DNA from: Octopus vulgaris
Lineage: Eukaryota
Direction of reading: 5' to 3'
DNA: 64,000 nt
Assembly (NCBI GenBank): GCA_951406725.2
Contig: OX597837.1
Coordinates: 26,660,001-26,724,000 of the forward strand
Part shown: piece by piece, positions 41,429 through 55,142 of the stretch
How positions within the stretch are numbered: position 1 is the stretch's first letter
How the letters are laid out: every line of letters begins with the position of its first letter
Made by a program: the position numbers and the translations under genes
The notes under the pieces: model-generated
Database searches by the model: none
Seen by the model: only the letters and a program-made list of their open reading frames with translations
Told to the model about the DNA's origin: nothing

Positions 41429-41568
41429 GTATACCCGCATGCTTACACACATACACACACAGTTTTGTCGCTGATTTCCCAACTTAGAGCCAATTTGATT
41501 TATTCCAGCCATCAACGCCTACACATTTTGGTGTGACCACACTACATACTACATATCTATCTACCTAC

Positions 41569-41609
<41 letters not shown>

Positions 41610-41717
41610 CATCCATCCATCCATCCATCCATCCATCCATCCATCCATCCATCCATCCATCCATCCATCCATCCATCCATCCATCATCTATCTATCTATC
41701 TATCTATCTATCCATCC

Positions 41718-41783
<66 letters not shown>

Positions 41784-42081
41784 TCCTCTCCACTGCGCGT
41801 GTATGTGCATATAAATGCTTTCGAACGACATTGCTCAATATTGGCTGAATTGGTAGAGCACAATACAAAATGCATTGTGGTATTTAGTCCATTCTTTTCC
41901 TGTTCTAAGTTCACATCCCGCTGAGATCGACTCTGTCTTTCATTTTTCTCCAGAACTGATAAAATTCCACCAAAGTAATGTTAATCGATCGAATCGTTTT
42001 CTTGCTTTCGTTTCGTTTCTACAAATCTGACGTATTTCATGTTTTCGAAATAATATAAATCTTTAGGTTTTTTTCTACAGT

Positions 42082-42482
42082 AGGAGCAGGAGTGGCTGTG
42101 TGGTAAGTAGCTTGTCTACCAACCACATGGTTCCGGGTTCAGTCCCACTGCGTGATATCTTGGGCAAGTGTCTTCTACTATAGCCTCGGGCCAACTAAAG
42201 CCTTGTGAGTGGATTTGGTAGACGGAAACTGAAAGAAGCCCGTCGTATATATGTATGTATATATAATATGTGTGTGTGTTTGTGTGTCTGTGTTTGTCCC
42301 CCTAGCATTTGCTTGACAACCGATGCTGGTGTGTTTACGTCCCCGTCACTTAACGGTTCGGCAAAAGAGACCGATAGAATAAGTACTGGGCTTACAAAGA
42401 ATAAGTCCTGGGGTCGATTTGCTCGACTAAAGGCGGTGCTCCAGCATGGCCGCAGTCAAATGACTGAAACAAGTAAAAGAGT
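42082..42482 (+). mobile_element. SINE family B, full length
   Basis: Complete from head to tail. Confidence 0.9.
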
Positions 42483-42786
42483 ATTTCCGTATAAAGCAAA
42501 ATTTGTTTTTCTTATTTCGTCTTGCGATTTGTTTCTTTATGCTTCTCTCAAGTTGATGGATTTATTTTTAAAATCTCTTGTGGCATTGGTTTGCTGGGAG
42601 CTGCCAAGTCCTGCTTCCCTCTTTTGCCAAAGAGCTCTGAGACTTTCTCCTCATCTATCAGTCTGTCTGCCGGTCTGTCTGCCGGTCTATCTATCTATCT
42701 CTCAGTCTGCCTGTCTATCTATCTGTCTGTCTAACTACCTAAGTCTCTCTCTGTTTATCTGTCTAATTACTTCAGTCTCTCTGCTA

Positions 42787-42862
<76 letters not shown>

Positions 42863-43799
42863 ATATGACTGTTTATCTCTCTATGTGTCTGTCTGTCTGT
42901 CTGTCTGTCTGTCTAGCTATCTAATTCTCCCTTCTGACGAGAGTTCAAATGGTAAACTTTTACGACTCACCCTCACACACCTACACACACCTACACACAT
43001 CTACACACACTCAGACACACACACACACACACACACACACACATCTACACACATCTACACACACACACACACACACACACACCTACACACACATTGTGAT
43101 CCCTGACATTGGGAAGCTTGAGAAACTGTTTAAAAGAAGGCGATTTCTAACCCCTTAAACAATGCCACCGGAAACGACAGCCGAAAATTACCAACTTCCT
43201 TCCTGGTGATTTTATTCTAATATGGGTCGACGACACCATCAACCTATTCTCCTACTTTCTATAATATACTATTTACAAATTTACCGATGACATAAACTCT
43301 TATTTTACGCCGTTCTCTTACAAACACAAATCTCCCAATTCTGTTTCTTCCCTCTCTAAGATTTCCCACGGTCTTTGAATATGTTTTGCCTTTTATTGTT
43401 TCAAAAGCTTAATGCTTCGACATTCTTCAAGACATGGCTGTTACAGAGGGTAGTTCATCCGTGATGATATCTCAACACGGGTCTGAAACTAGTCCTGTTA
43501 ATATATATATATTTTTTTTGGTTTTTGTTTTGCTTTGTCCAAACACACACATAGAAGCACAATACACACACGTACATACACACAACACGTACAACACGCA
43601 CGCACTCGCACACACACATACACACACACATACACATACACACACACACATCAATATACAGGGTTGGCCAAAAGTCACCTGACAGTAAATAAAAACCCAT
43701 TTAATTCCAAGATTAAAACAAAAAGTTGTGGAGGCGCAGTGGCCCAGTGGTTAGTCTTAATGGTAAAAATTTCAATTCCTTGGATGACGTAAAAAGATA

Positions 43800-44193
43800 C
43801 CTTACTCTTTTACTTGTTTCAGTCATTTGACTGCGGCCATGCTGGAGTACCGCCTTTAATCGAGCAACTCGACCCCAGCACTTATTCTTTTGTAAGCCCA
43901 GTACTTATTCTATCGGTCTCTTTTGCCGAACTGCAAGTAACGGGGACGTAAATACATGAGCATCGGTTGTCAAGCAATGCTAGGGGGACAAACACAGAGA
44001 CACAAACACAGACACGCATATATATATATATACATATACATATATACGACGGGCTTCTTTCAGTTTCCATCTACCAAATCCACTCACAAGGCTTTGGTCG
44101 GCCCGAGGTTATAGTAGATGACACTTGCCCAAGGTGCCACGCAGTGGGACTGAACCCGGAACCATGTGGCTGGAAAACAAGCTACTTACCACA
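43800..44193 (-). mobile_element. SINE family B
   Basis: Reverse-complement copy. Confidence 0.9.
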
Positions 44194-44269
44194 CGATGAA
44201 TTCTTTGACATGAAACCATCTCAATTCTGGGAAGTGGGTATTTTCAAGTTAAAGGAAAGATGAAGACGC

Positions 44270-44380
44270 ATTGTGCAACAAAATGTTTCATATTTGGTTG
44301 ATTAAAAATGTAATGGCAGGTATTTATTGACGTCTTTCTTTCCTTTAAAAGTCGGCACGAACTTTCCGGACATCCCAATA
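44270..44380 (-). mobile_element. Mariner terminal fragment
   Basis: Minus strand begins TA-ttgggatgtccggaaagttcgtgccgactttt, typical of mariner TIRs. Confidence 0.5.
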
Positions 44381-44708
44381 GAAATAATGGCGGTGTTTCT
44401 CTTATTGTCGAGTTTCTTATCTTGTCTCGGGTCACTCTTCATCCAACAAACCTCGAGTCAAGATGCGTTTTGTTCCGTTCATAACCAACTCGTCTTACAT
44501 TCAGATAATCTCTATATATGTCCACCTTATCCAATATGTTCTTCCATTTGCTTTTAAAGGATGTCGAGATTATAATTTGAGGTAGACTTGGATGCTATTT
44601 CTAGCACATTGCGTCAATGAAATCCATTTACCTGCAATTAGCTCGGTCATCCCACACTTTTTCCAAATTTGCATCCCACTCTTTAGAACCTTCTATTTAT
44701 AAGACATT

Positions 44709-44742
<34 letters not shown>

Positions 44743-44799
44743 GCCCGCAATCTTTCCTCTATTTACGTATATCTCCCCCACACCCATCTCTCTCTTTAT

Positions 44800-44849
<50 letters not shown>

Positions 44850-45006
44850 CACACATACATAAATATATATATGTATATATGTATGTATATATAGATATAC
44901 ATAAATATATATATATGTATATATATATATATGTATATATATAAATGTATGTATATATATGTATATATATACATATATATATGTGTCATATATATACATG
45001 TATATA

Positions 45007-45059
<53 letters not shown>

Positions 45060-45369
45060 GTATATATATATACACACATATATATATATATATATGTAAA
45101 TATATCTATACCTATATCTATATCTATATCTATATGTATGTATATATATATACACACATATATATTTATATATATACACACACATATACATGTAATATTG
45201 TTATTCTACTTTTAGGCTTACGCACCTCCATCCTACGTTCTGCCGCTATTTAACCTATATCTCTATATTTCAGCATCCAGTGCAATACCGTTGCACCTGC
45301 ATGCTATAATTGCGTTTTCTGATGTCTGCTCCACCCCCTTCTTTATCTCTCTCCTTCTCTCTCTCTACT

Positions 45370-45410
<41 letters not shown>

Positions 45411-45690
45411 CATCTGTGAATATACGTGTGTGTGTGTGTGTGTGTTAAATGCATAATTATATAAGCCATTATGATCACTAACTTGGGACAGAAAGCCAAC
45501 AAGAAGATCCTCTACGGGACTCAAACGTCACACACCCACACACATACACATGCAGACACACACATACACACACATGCACACACACACACACACACACGTA
45601 CATACGTACGTACACAGGTACACACATACACATACAAAATCACATACATACACGCAAACACACACAAACACACACACACATACACATGCA

Positions 45691-45725
<35 letters not shown>

Positions 45726-46124
45726 ACATACATACGTACACAGGTACACACATACACATACAAAATCACATACATACACGCAAACACACACAAACACACA
45801 CACACCCACACATACACACAAGTACATACGAGCACATACATACTACATAGGTACACACACACACACACACATACAAAAAGCACGCACACAAACACAAACA
45901 CACACAAACACCCACACACACATACGTACATACGAGCACATATATACGTTTACAGGTACACACACATACAAAAAACACAAACACACATACCGCCACACAC
46001 ACGTACATATGAGCATATACATACGTACACAGGTACACACACACACACACACACATACACACAAACACACACAAACATACATACACCCATACACACACAC
46101 ACGAACATACGAGCATATACATAT

Positions 46125-46158
<34 letters not shown>

Positions 46159-46269
46159 GGATATGTCGTTGTTGTGCAAAATGACTTCAGTGGTTCTGAA
46201 GAACACTTGCCCAGAGGAAAGCAAAAGATCCTTCTCTAATTGGTTGGGGGAAGAGAAGGAGGGGGAGGC

Positions 46270-46760
46270 GGAGGAAGAAGAAGAAGAAGACGAAGAACAA
46301 CAACGACAACAACAACAACAACAAGATGAAGAAGAAGACGAAGAAGAAGAAGAAGAAGAAGAAGAAGAAGAACAACAACAACAACAACAACAAGATGAAG
46401 AAGAAGACGAAGAAGAAGAAGAAGAAGAAGAACAACAACAACAACAACAACAAGATGAAGAAGACGACGACGAAGAAGAAGAAGAAGAAGAAGAAGAAGA
46501 ACAACAACAACAACAACAACAAGATGAAGAAGAAGAAGAAGAAGAAGAAGAAGAAGAACAACAACAACAACAAGATGAAGAAGAAGAAGAAGAAGAAGAA
46601 GAACAACAACAACAACAACAACAACAAGATGAAGAAGAAGACGAAGAAGAAGAAGAAGAAGAAGAAGAAGAAGAAGAAGAAGAAGAACAACAACAACAAC
46701 AACAACAAGATGAAGAAGAAGAAGAAGAAGAAGAAGAAGAAGAAGAAGAAGAAGAAGAAG

Positions 46761-46795
<35 letters not shown>

Positions 46796-46960
46796 GATGA
46801 AGAAGAAGATGAAGAAGGAGAAAAAGATGAAAAAGAAGCTGAAGAAAAAGAAGAGGAGGAGGAAGAAGAAAGATGAAGATGAAGAAGGAGGAGGCGGAGG
46901 AAGAAGAAGAAGAAGAAGAGGGGGGAAGAAGAAGAGGAAGAGAAGGAAGAGGAGGAAGAG
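46270..46960 (+). repeat. Higher-order (GAA)n(CAA)n GAT repeat
   Basis: A ~60-bp unit gat(gaa)n(caa)n is repeated about eight times. Confidence 0.9.
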
Positions 46961-46965
46961 AGAAA

Positions 46966-47010
<45 letters not shown>

Positions 47011-47579
47011 CAGCAGCAGCAGCATCTGTAGCAGTAGATCAGTGATGGTAATCTAACACCTTACCTGTCTGAACTACTGCACAGCACTTGTCTATCTCCA
47101 CCTCCTCCACCTCCTCCTCTTCGCTTGGGAGATTCCTAAATTAACCTCTCTCTCGACTGAACAGATTCTTAGTTAGTTTCATTAAAAAAAAAGCCAAGCA
47201 GTAATTAACAGCGCGATTAACTATCACCTCTACTGCAATTTATTAGCAGAGCAGTTTGCCCAACCATTAACCGCCGTCAGGGAGAGTGATTATTAACAGT
47301 GAAGTGAATGCGCCACGGAGCAACGAAAAAGTTGCACAGCATTTTGAAAAAAAAAAAAAAATCTTTTTAATGTTTTGGTCTATTCTGGAGGAAGGGTTGG
47401 TTCTTATGTCAGGCATTGTCAGATCCCTCCGTGTGAAAGGGGATGAAAGGGGTGGTGATCATGGGTCTTGGCATACTCTTCAAGACTGTTCAGATTGCCA
47501 AAATTGATGTTCTTCTACAAACTGCTGCAAATTAGTGGTTTCAGAAAGAACATATATATATATATATAAGAATAAATGT

Positions 47580-47898
47580 TTTATATATAAAGAACGTGAA
47601 ATACAGGAAGGGACAAACACGGAACACAGACAAATCATTCGAAGCCTTCAATCTTCAGTCAGACACCGAATCATCATAGCAAATTTCGGCTGTTCAATTC
47701 TGATATTTGCTCCAACTCGGCCAGCCCCAAGAAAAAAAACTAAGCTGTAAGCATTAGATTTCTTGGTAGAAGACAGGAATGTGAACGCACGAGACGGATG
47801 TAAATACGAGAGACGAAAACGAAATTGAAAACGGTAACGGTTAAACAAAATATAATATAACGGTGGTTGTCATACGACTTTAGACCAAATGAGACAAA

Positions 47899-47905
<7 letters not shown>
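47580..47905 (-). mobile_element. Family P5 dispersed repeat between (TA)n tracts
   Basis: Partly homologous to 13895-14055. Confidence 0.45.
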
Positions 47906-47958
<53 letters not shown>

Positions 47959-47989
47959 TAGATATATATATTACTGATGCTGTTGTTTG

Positions 47990-48352
47990 TTTGTTTGTTG
48001 AGCGAAGCGGTCTTCGTCCGTAGTGGGAAAAGTTCAATACGTGGTCCTTTGCTGTTCGTAAGACCCGCAGAAGAGAAAGCAGGGTCAACACCCGACATCG
48101 AGAGCATCGACGGATGGATGAATGCGCATCCAGGCTCAGCGGTTGCGTAGGAAGTCGGGGACAAGAAAGAGGAAGAAAGAGTGAGAGAAAGTTGGAGCGA
48201 AAGAGTACAACAGGGGTCGCCACCACCACCCTGCCGGAGCCTCGTGGAGCTTTAGGTGTTTTCGCTCAATAAACACACACAACGCCCGGGGTCTGGGAAT
48301 CGAAACCGCGATCCTCCGACCGCGAGTCCGCTGCCCTAACCACTGGGCCATT
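47990..48352 (-). mobile_element. SINE family C, tail type 2
   Basis: Same head as family C1; different 3' half ending gaagaccgcttcgctcaacaaac. Confidence 0.85.
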
Positions 48353-48706
48353 GATGCTGTTGTTGTTGTTGTTGTTGTTGATGATGTTGTTGTCATTTAA
48401 CCCCCCCCTCCAATTATCTTGGATTTAACAGAGCTATGATCAAAGAACATGGCGCGATAGTCCAGTCTTGGAGAGTATCAAGAATCCCTTTACGTAATGT
48501 TTCCCATCCCCTTTCTTAAGATGGTGGATTTAAGATATGAAGAAAATTTAACTGTTTTTTCTAGCATATCAAGTAACCACATAGTGGCTTTCCTAGTTAA
48601 CACCGAGCAGCAAAAGGTAATTAGGGACAGCGGCGGTGTCGGTGGGAGTGGTGGTGGTGACGCTGACGGAAATGACGGGTGGACGGGAAGAGAAATAGAG
48701 CAGAGC

Positions 48707-48765
<59 letters not shown>

Positions 48766-48976
48766 GAAAGGAAGAGAGAAGCAGAAAGGGGGAGAGGTTT
48801 GGAGGGAAAGAGGGGTGGGAAAAGTGGGGGGATGGGGGACGGGGTATGTGGATGGGGAAAGCGAAAGATGCGTTTAGACATTAACCAGTCCTGAAAATGT
48901 CACGTCAAGTTCCTCACCAAAAAAAATGTATACTAACTTACTATGTCGGTTTGTCTCTCCCTCCTCTTTCTCTCTG

Positions 48977-49007
<31 letters not shown>

Positions 49008-49626
49008 ATCTATCTATCTATTTATCTATCTGTCTATCTCTAACCTATTTCTAATATAGACCAACATCGACCATACTGAAGGAGGAGGAGGAGGGGGCTT
49101 TAGAATATGGTTCTTAAGAAGTTTTGGTGTTAATGTGCAAGTGTCGTAGTAGCAGTGGTGGTGGTGGTGGTGGTCATAATTGTGCTAGTGGTTGGAGTAG
49201 TGGCAGATGTTGTAGAGGTAGTGGACTATGTTAAACCACTGGATACTGTTGTTGTTGCTATTATTTTTATCATCATTATTTAACCCCAGGTCAATCGGGA
49301 TTGTGTAGACCTATGGTAGAAAGTACCCCAGCCATCAACGTCTCCGTCATGTTTCAGACTGTATATCTTGGACTACGTTAGCCAATGTCTCACCTTCACC
49401 TCACTCTCACTACACATCCCTTAAACAAAATAGAAGGGAAAAACTGTGCGAAGCAGGAAATAAAATAAGTGAAAATGTCTACTGTTGCAGCAGAAAAAAT
49501 ATCCTATATTTTATTGCATCAAATGTGGTAAATCTTGGAGGTTTTTATGCCGAATCCTCTTTCATAAATGCGGTGGCTATAACAATATTATACCGTGAAT
49601 ATGGCGGCTATTGTTAACCTAGCGTA

Positions 49627-49863
49627 AGGCAGCGGCGAGCCTGGCAGAAACGTTCGCACGCCGGGCAAAAGACTTAGCGTTATTTTGTCTGCCGTTACGT
49701 TCTGAGTTCAAATTCCGCCGAGGTCGACTTTGCCTTTCATCCTTTCGGGGTCGATTAAATAAGTACCAGTTACGCACTGGGGTCGATGTAATCAACTTAA
49801 TCCGTTTGTCTGTCCTTGTTTGTCCTCTCTGTGTTTAGCCCCTTGTAGGTAGTAAAGAAATAG
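49627..49863 (+). mobile_element. SINE family A monomer
   Basis: Head, core and one tail. Confidence 0.85.
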
Positions 49864-50127
49864 ATATAGTTGTTGGGTACAGAAATCTACCCTCATACAA
49901 ACAGTAATCTACCCTGCTCAGCCATTACAGAGCCTACCACCCGTCATCCAAAGCTACCCGAGTCAACCACACGCCATTTATTTGTGACTGTTTGGCTCCC
50001 TCAAATCCAGTGAAACTCCGCTGATGGCGGTTGTGTCTAAATTCCTCGCTATTAACGTGAAACTATGGATATTTTACGTTGATATACCACCTGATGAATG
50101 CTTTATCGGAGATAAACTTGAAGTAAT

Positions 50128-50660
50128 GGACTCATAAGGGACGATGCTACAGTTGTTTATAACCCCAGGAAGACATCTCCTCCAGCTGGCTAACGACACA
50201 CTGTCTGTGTCCGTCATATTTAGGTGGCAAATATACTTCACGATTCGGTGCTGCTACTGTTTACGTCTTGCTCAGAGATTTGTTATTGCTTCTTTCTCCT
50301 TTTTCGAGATCGGCGACAGTTTGTCACCGGAAAAAAGCATATAATATTTTGCATTTGGAATGAATTCTTATCGCTAGTTGGTGACTGTCACACGCTGATG
50401 CCAGGTTGCCACTCAGAAACCTGGGTCTGAGTGTATCACGTAAAGCTAGAGATGGGAACGATGATTTCCCTTCGCAAATACTAATCGGACACAGACAGTG
50501 TGTCGTTAGCCAGCTGGGGGGGGGGGGGAGATATCTTCCTGGGGCTAAAAACAACAGTAGCACCGTCCCCTATGGGTCCGCCACATTTAGGTGGGGCAAA
50601 TGTACTTCACGATTCCGTGCTACTACAGTTTACGTCTCGTTCAGAGATTAATTATTGCTC
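50128..50660 (+). mobile_element. Penelope-like family P2: 5' inverted segment plus partial tandem pLTR with decayed hammerhead at 50389-50433
   Basis: 50128-50213 is the reverse complement of 50486-50579; 50218-50290 is repeated directly at 50585-50660; motif cacacg-CTGATGC..GAAA-cctggg-TC-tgagtg. Confidence 0.75.
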
Positions 50661-50743
50661 AGCGTCCAATAACACAGTACTTGTGTACTTCTTCCACATT
50701 CTCGCGTTGTTATTTTTTTCTTGCCTGTTCTTGTTTCGATTGA

Positions 50744-50793
<50 letters not shown>

Positions 50794-50800
50794 AAATCTA

Positions 50801-50867
<67 letters not shown>

Positions 50868-50947
50868 TATCTATCATTCTATATATATCTAGAGAGAGAG
50901 AATGATAGATAAACATATATATATATATAGACAGATATATATATATA

Positions 50948-50992
<45 letters not shown>

Positions 50993-50998
<6 letters not shown>

Positions 50999-51116
50999 TT
51001 TATTTAAAGCAGCAGAAAATTGAATTTTCTGCTGCTTTAAATAAAGCATATTACTCTACCACTGGTATTTGAGTACCCTTTTTTTCCACCTTGTTTCACA
51101 TTTATGTGTTTACTCC

Positions 51117-51118
<2 letters not shown>
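50993..51118 (+). mobile_element. Family P1 3' fragment with a perfect 29-bp fold-back, inside (TA)n
   Basis: Arms 50993-51021 and 51023-51051; the remainder matches 32745-32838. Confidence 0.75.
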
Positions 51119-51189
<71 letters not shown>

Positions 51190-52086
51190 GTATATATATA
51201 TATATACACACACGCACACATATATAAACATACACCACACACACATAGAATACAGTGATACAAATGTGGTGTGGTTTATATACATACATACATGCATACA
51301 GGTGTGTACGTATGCATGTGTATGTATACATGCATGTATATATATATGTATCTATGTATGTGAGACTTTATGTATGTGTGAGTATTTGCATCTGAACATG
51401 TGCGATCAAAATTTTTTTTTTTTCTTTCCTCTCAGACGTTCATGTTTGTTAACTGTGAAATCCTAGAGTTTCAAGTCTCGCATCACGTTCTCTAATTGCT
51501 CAACTTTTAAGAATTCAAGACATGATAGTCTCCAAGAACGGTTTGATCAATCTATAGAATATCTAATAAATAGGAAGAACCATAAATGAACGAAAAGACA
51601 TCACATGTCTGTTATGATGTTATCGCAACAGCCAACGCGATATCACTTCAGTTAGATCGGCGCCATATTGAAATCTTGCTTCCTCTTCGTTGTTATTTAT
51701 AAATTATAAAACATTTTATTTTCCTGACTGAATGTCTGATAGTAAGGCTGAAGTGTAATGAAAGAACTTGACCAAGCACCAGACACGCGGTCGACAAAGT
51801 CCCGTTTAAATAAATACACCAACAGACGTATGTGTAGGCGTACACGTACGTGTACGTACGTAATAATGTATGTATGTACGTACGTACGTACGTAATAATG
51901 TATGCATGCTTATATGTATGTACGTACGTACGTAAGTATGTATGTATGTTAGTGTGTATGAATCCATACACACACAAATATATACGTATATGTGCGTGTG
52001 TATACACACACATGCATACATAACACAGACAGATAGATAGATGCATATATACATATATATGCATAAACATGGATATATATAGGCAT

Positions 52087-52150
<64 letters not shown>

Positions 52151-52265
52151 TTATATATATTTATATATATACATACATATATATATATACATACATACAT
52201 ACATATATATGTATGTATATACAAACATACATACATACACACACGCACGCACACGCACACACACA

Positions 52266-52336
<71 letters not shown>

Positions 52337-52514
52337 CCATATGTCAGTAGTACTTATCCCCGAGCTATCTCACTCGGGCCGCTGTGATGAGGATAACATC
52401 GTTTTCTTAAATGTGACGAACATATATAAATAAATGAATATATATAAATATACATAAATAAATACATAAATCTTTCATAAACTCTCAGAACTCCTTCCAC
52501 CGTTCCTTGTTTAT

Positions 52515-52515
52515 C

Positions 52516-52546
<31 letters not shown>

Positions 52547-52575
52547 CCATCATCACTATCATCATCATCATCACC

Positions 52576-52609
<34 letters not shown>

Positions 52610-52626
52610 TCATCACCACCACCACC

Positions 52627-52660
<34 letters not shown>

Positions 52661-52767
52661 TCATCATCACCACCACCACCACCACCACCACCATTATCAT
52701 CATCATCATCATCTTCTTCATCATCATCATCATCGTCATCATCATCATCACCACCACCACCACCACC

Positions 52768-52801
<34 letters not shown>

Positions 52802-52950
52802 TCATTATTATTATTATTATTATTAGTGGTGATAAATACCGTTGTGATGATGTTGCTACTGTTGTTGTTGTTGGTAGTGTTGTTGGTGGTGGTGGTGTTG
52901 TTGTTGGTGGTGGTGGTGGCCGCGGTGGCGGCGGTGGCGGTGGTGGTGGT
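52515..52950 (+). repeat. Compound (CAC)n/(CAT)n/(TAT)n/(GGT)n repeat
   Basis: Directly visible in the sequence. Confidence 0.9.
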
Positions 52951-53490
52951 AGTTGGAGCCGTTTTACTTTTCGGTAGGAAAGTGCTGAGAATCTGAAATG
53001 CCACAAAGAAGGAAATGTCAAGGTGGGGGGGAGAGGGGGAGAGGGGCGGGAAGAGTTGTAGCCAAAAGACGGATGGGAATAAACTGTCATGTGACCCGCT
53101 TTAACGACGACGACCACGACGACCACCACTACGAGGACGACGACGACGATGACGATGACGACAGATTCATTGAGCAGAATGGTTAATACCAACAATTCTA
53201 CCGTTCCTCCTCCCGCCACCTAAGATTTATCAGTTTCTTCCTCTTCCTGCTACTCCTCCTCCTGCTGCAGTCCTCCCCCTCCTTTCATTCTGAAATCGTG
53301 CAACAACTCATCAGGGGGAAATGACACCTTGTTGTCTCATAATAGAAGGACGCGTTATGCTGAAGCTCTATTGATGCAGTGTGAAGGTCGTGGATGGAAA
53401 GCTTTGAGGATAGGTAAACTTGACCACAGCTGACCTGAGACTGAACAACAACGACGATGATAATAACAATAGCAATGTCAACAGCAACAA

Positions 53491-53670
53491 TGGAGGCGCA
53501 ATGGCCCAGTGGTTAGGGCAGCGGACTCGCGGTCGTAAGAGCGCGGTTTCGATTCCCAGACCGGGCATTGTAAGTGTTTATTGAGCAAAAAAATACCTAA
53601 GCTCCAGGAGGCTCCGGCGGCGTGGGGGGAACCCCGCTGTACTCTTTCTCTCACTCTTTCTTCCTACTTC
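53491..53670 (+). mobile_element. SINE family C, 5' half only
   Basis: Head tggaggcgcaatggcccagtgg through actctttcttcc. Confidence 0.8.
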
Positions 53671-53726
53671 TGACACAAAGCAGAGGAACCATGGTGTAAC
53701 CCACTATGGTGTGGTAAACTTTCATT

Positions 53727-53985
53727 TACTAATACATTTGTTTGTCGTCTACACCACACCACCTGTCTTAGTCTTTTTTTTTTAGTGAATTCTCCCTATA
53801 TATAGTCGCCATGATAGATCGTTAGCCACTACACACATTCTTTTCTCTCCTTGTTTTTTCTGTATCCCTTTCTGTAGAAGAGCGTAGGCTCGAAACGTAA
53901 AAGACTTTCTATTCCTGAGCGTTATACTAATACATCTGTTTGTTTTGTACACCACCTGTCTTCGTTTTGTTTTTTCGTAAACTCT

Positions 53986-53992
<7 letters not shown>
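53727..53992 (+). mobile_element. Family P3 partial tandem (about 1.4 units) with hammerhead-like motif at 53868-53903
   Basis: actaatacat..ctccctatata occurs at 53728-53803 and 53926-53995; motif cttt-CTGTAGA-A-gagc gtag gctc-GAAA-CG-TA-aaag. Confidence 0.7.
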
Positions 53993-54057
<65 letters not shown>

Positions 54058-54218
54058 ATATATATATATACACACACACATATATATATATATAATATAT
54101 ATATACACACATATATATATATATAAGTAAATATATATATATATTTATATATATTGCTAGATAGATAGACAGATGGATAGATAGATAGATACATACATGC
54201 ATACATACATACATACAT

Positions 54219-54265
<47 letters not shown>

Positions 54266-54516
54266 TGCATGTATTTCAATTTACATACATGCACAGAATC
54301 GCACACTCATATATTCACATATGTATGCAGGTATGCACACTCACACACACACACACACACACACACACATCACACACACACACACGTACGTAGGTATCTA
54401 TCCATACACAACAAGTTGTGGGCGACAAGTTTTAGCCAATGTAGCAACGAGTGATAGATAGACGCAAATAACGTTGAATTGCTTCGGATAAAAACCTGGT
54501 TCATTGATGGTCCCTC

Positions 54517-54543
54517 TGACGTCACGTCTCTATGGTAACCAAT
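54517..54543 (+). promoter_or_regulatory. Compact CRE, RFX X-box and CCAAT module
   Basis: TGACGTCA (54517-54524), GTCTCTATGGTAAC (54526-54539) and CCAAT (54539-54543) in unique sequence. Confidence 0.5.
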
Positions 54544-54742
54544 GAGCTAAATGTTCGACCTCATTGAATCACCTTGCATGTTGTTCTTCTTGCTGTCATC
54601 GTCATCGTCATCGTCGTCATCGTTGTTATTCTTGTCTTTATTGTTGTTATTGTCGTTGTTGTTGTTAAAGACAACAACTCATATTACATTACAATGAAGA
54701 CGTAAACAGTTCATCACTCAACGTACAAAACAACAATAACAG

Positions 54743-55142
54743 TGGAGGCGCAATGACCCAATAGTTACGGCAGCGGACTCGCGGTCGGAGGATCGCGGTT
54801 TCGATTCCCAGACCGGGCGTTGCGTTTGTTTATTGAGCGAAAACACCTAAAGCTCCACGAAGCTCCGGAAGGGGGGGTTGGTGGCGACCCCTGTTGTACT
54901 CTTTCGCTCCAACTTTCTCTCTTACTCTTTCTTCCTGTTTCTTGTCCCCGACTTCCTACGCAACCGCTGAGCCTGGATGCGCATTCGTCCATCCGTCGAT
55001 GCTCTCGGTGTCGTGGTTTGACCCGGCTTTCTCTTCTGCGGGTCTTACGAATAGCAAAGGACCACGTTTCGGACTTCTCCCTTCTCATCTTGCGAGCTCT
55101 GGGACGAAGACCGCTTCGCTCAACAGCAACAGCAACAACAAC
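54743..55142 (+). mobile_element. SINE family C, tail type 2
   Basis: Homologous to 47990-48352, with a (CAA/CAG)n tail. Confidence 0.85.

Noticed and set aside
42934-42970. CTGACGA hammerhead-like start
   Set aside because: No GAAA or stem III/UH follows.
46163-46876. 237-aa acidic E/Q-rich ORF
   Set aside because: It is a pure (GAA)/(CAA) higher-order repeat, open in several frames and on both strands.
50091-50130. CTGATGA motif upstream of the P2 element
   Set aside because: No GAAA at a suitable position and no stem III.
53280-53330. Minus-strand CTGATGA...GAAA
   Set aside because: Stems I to III do not pair.
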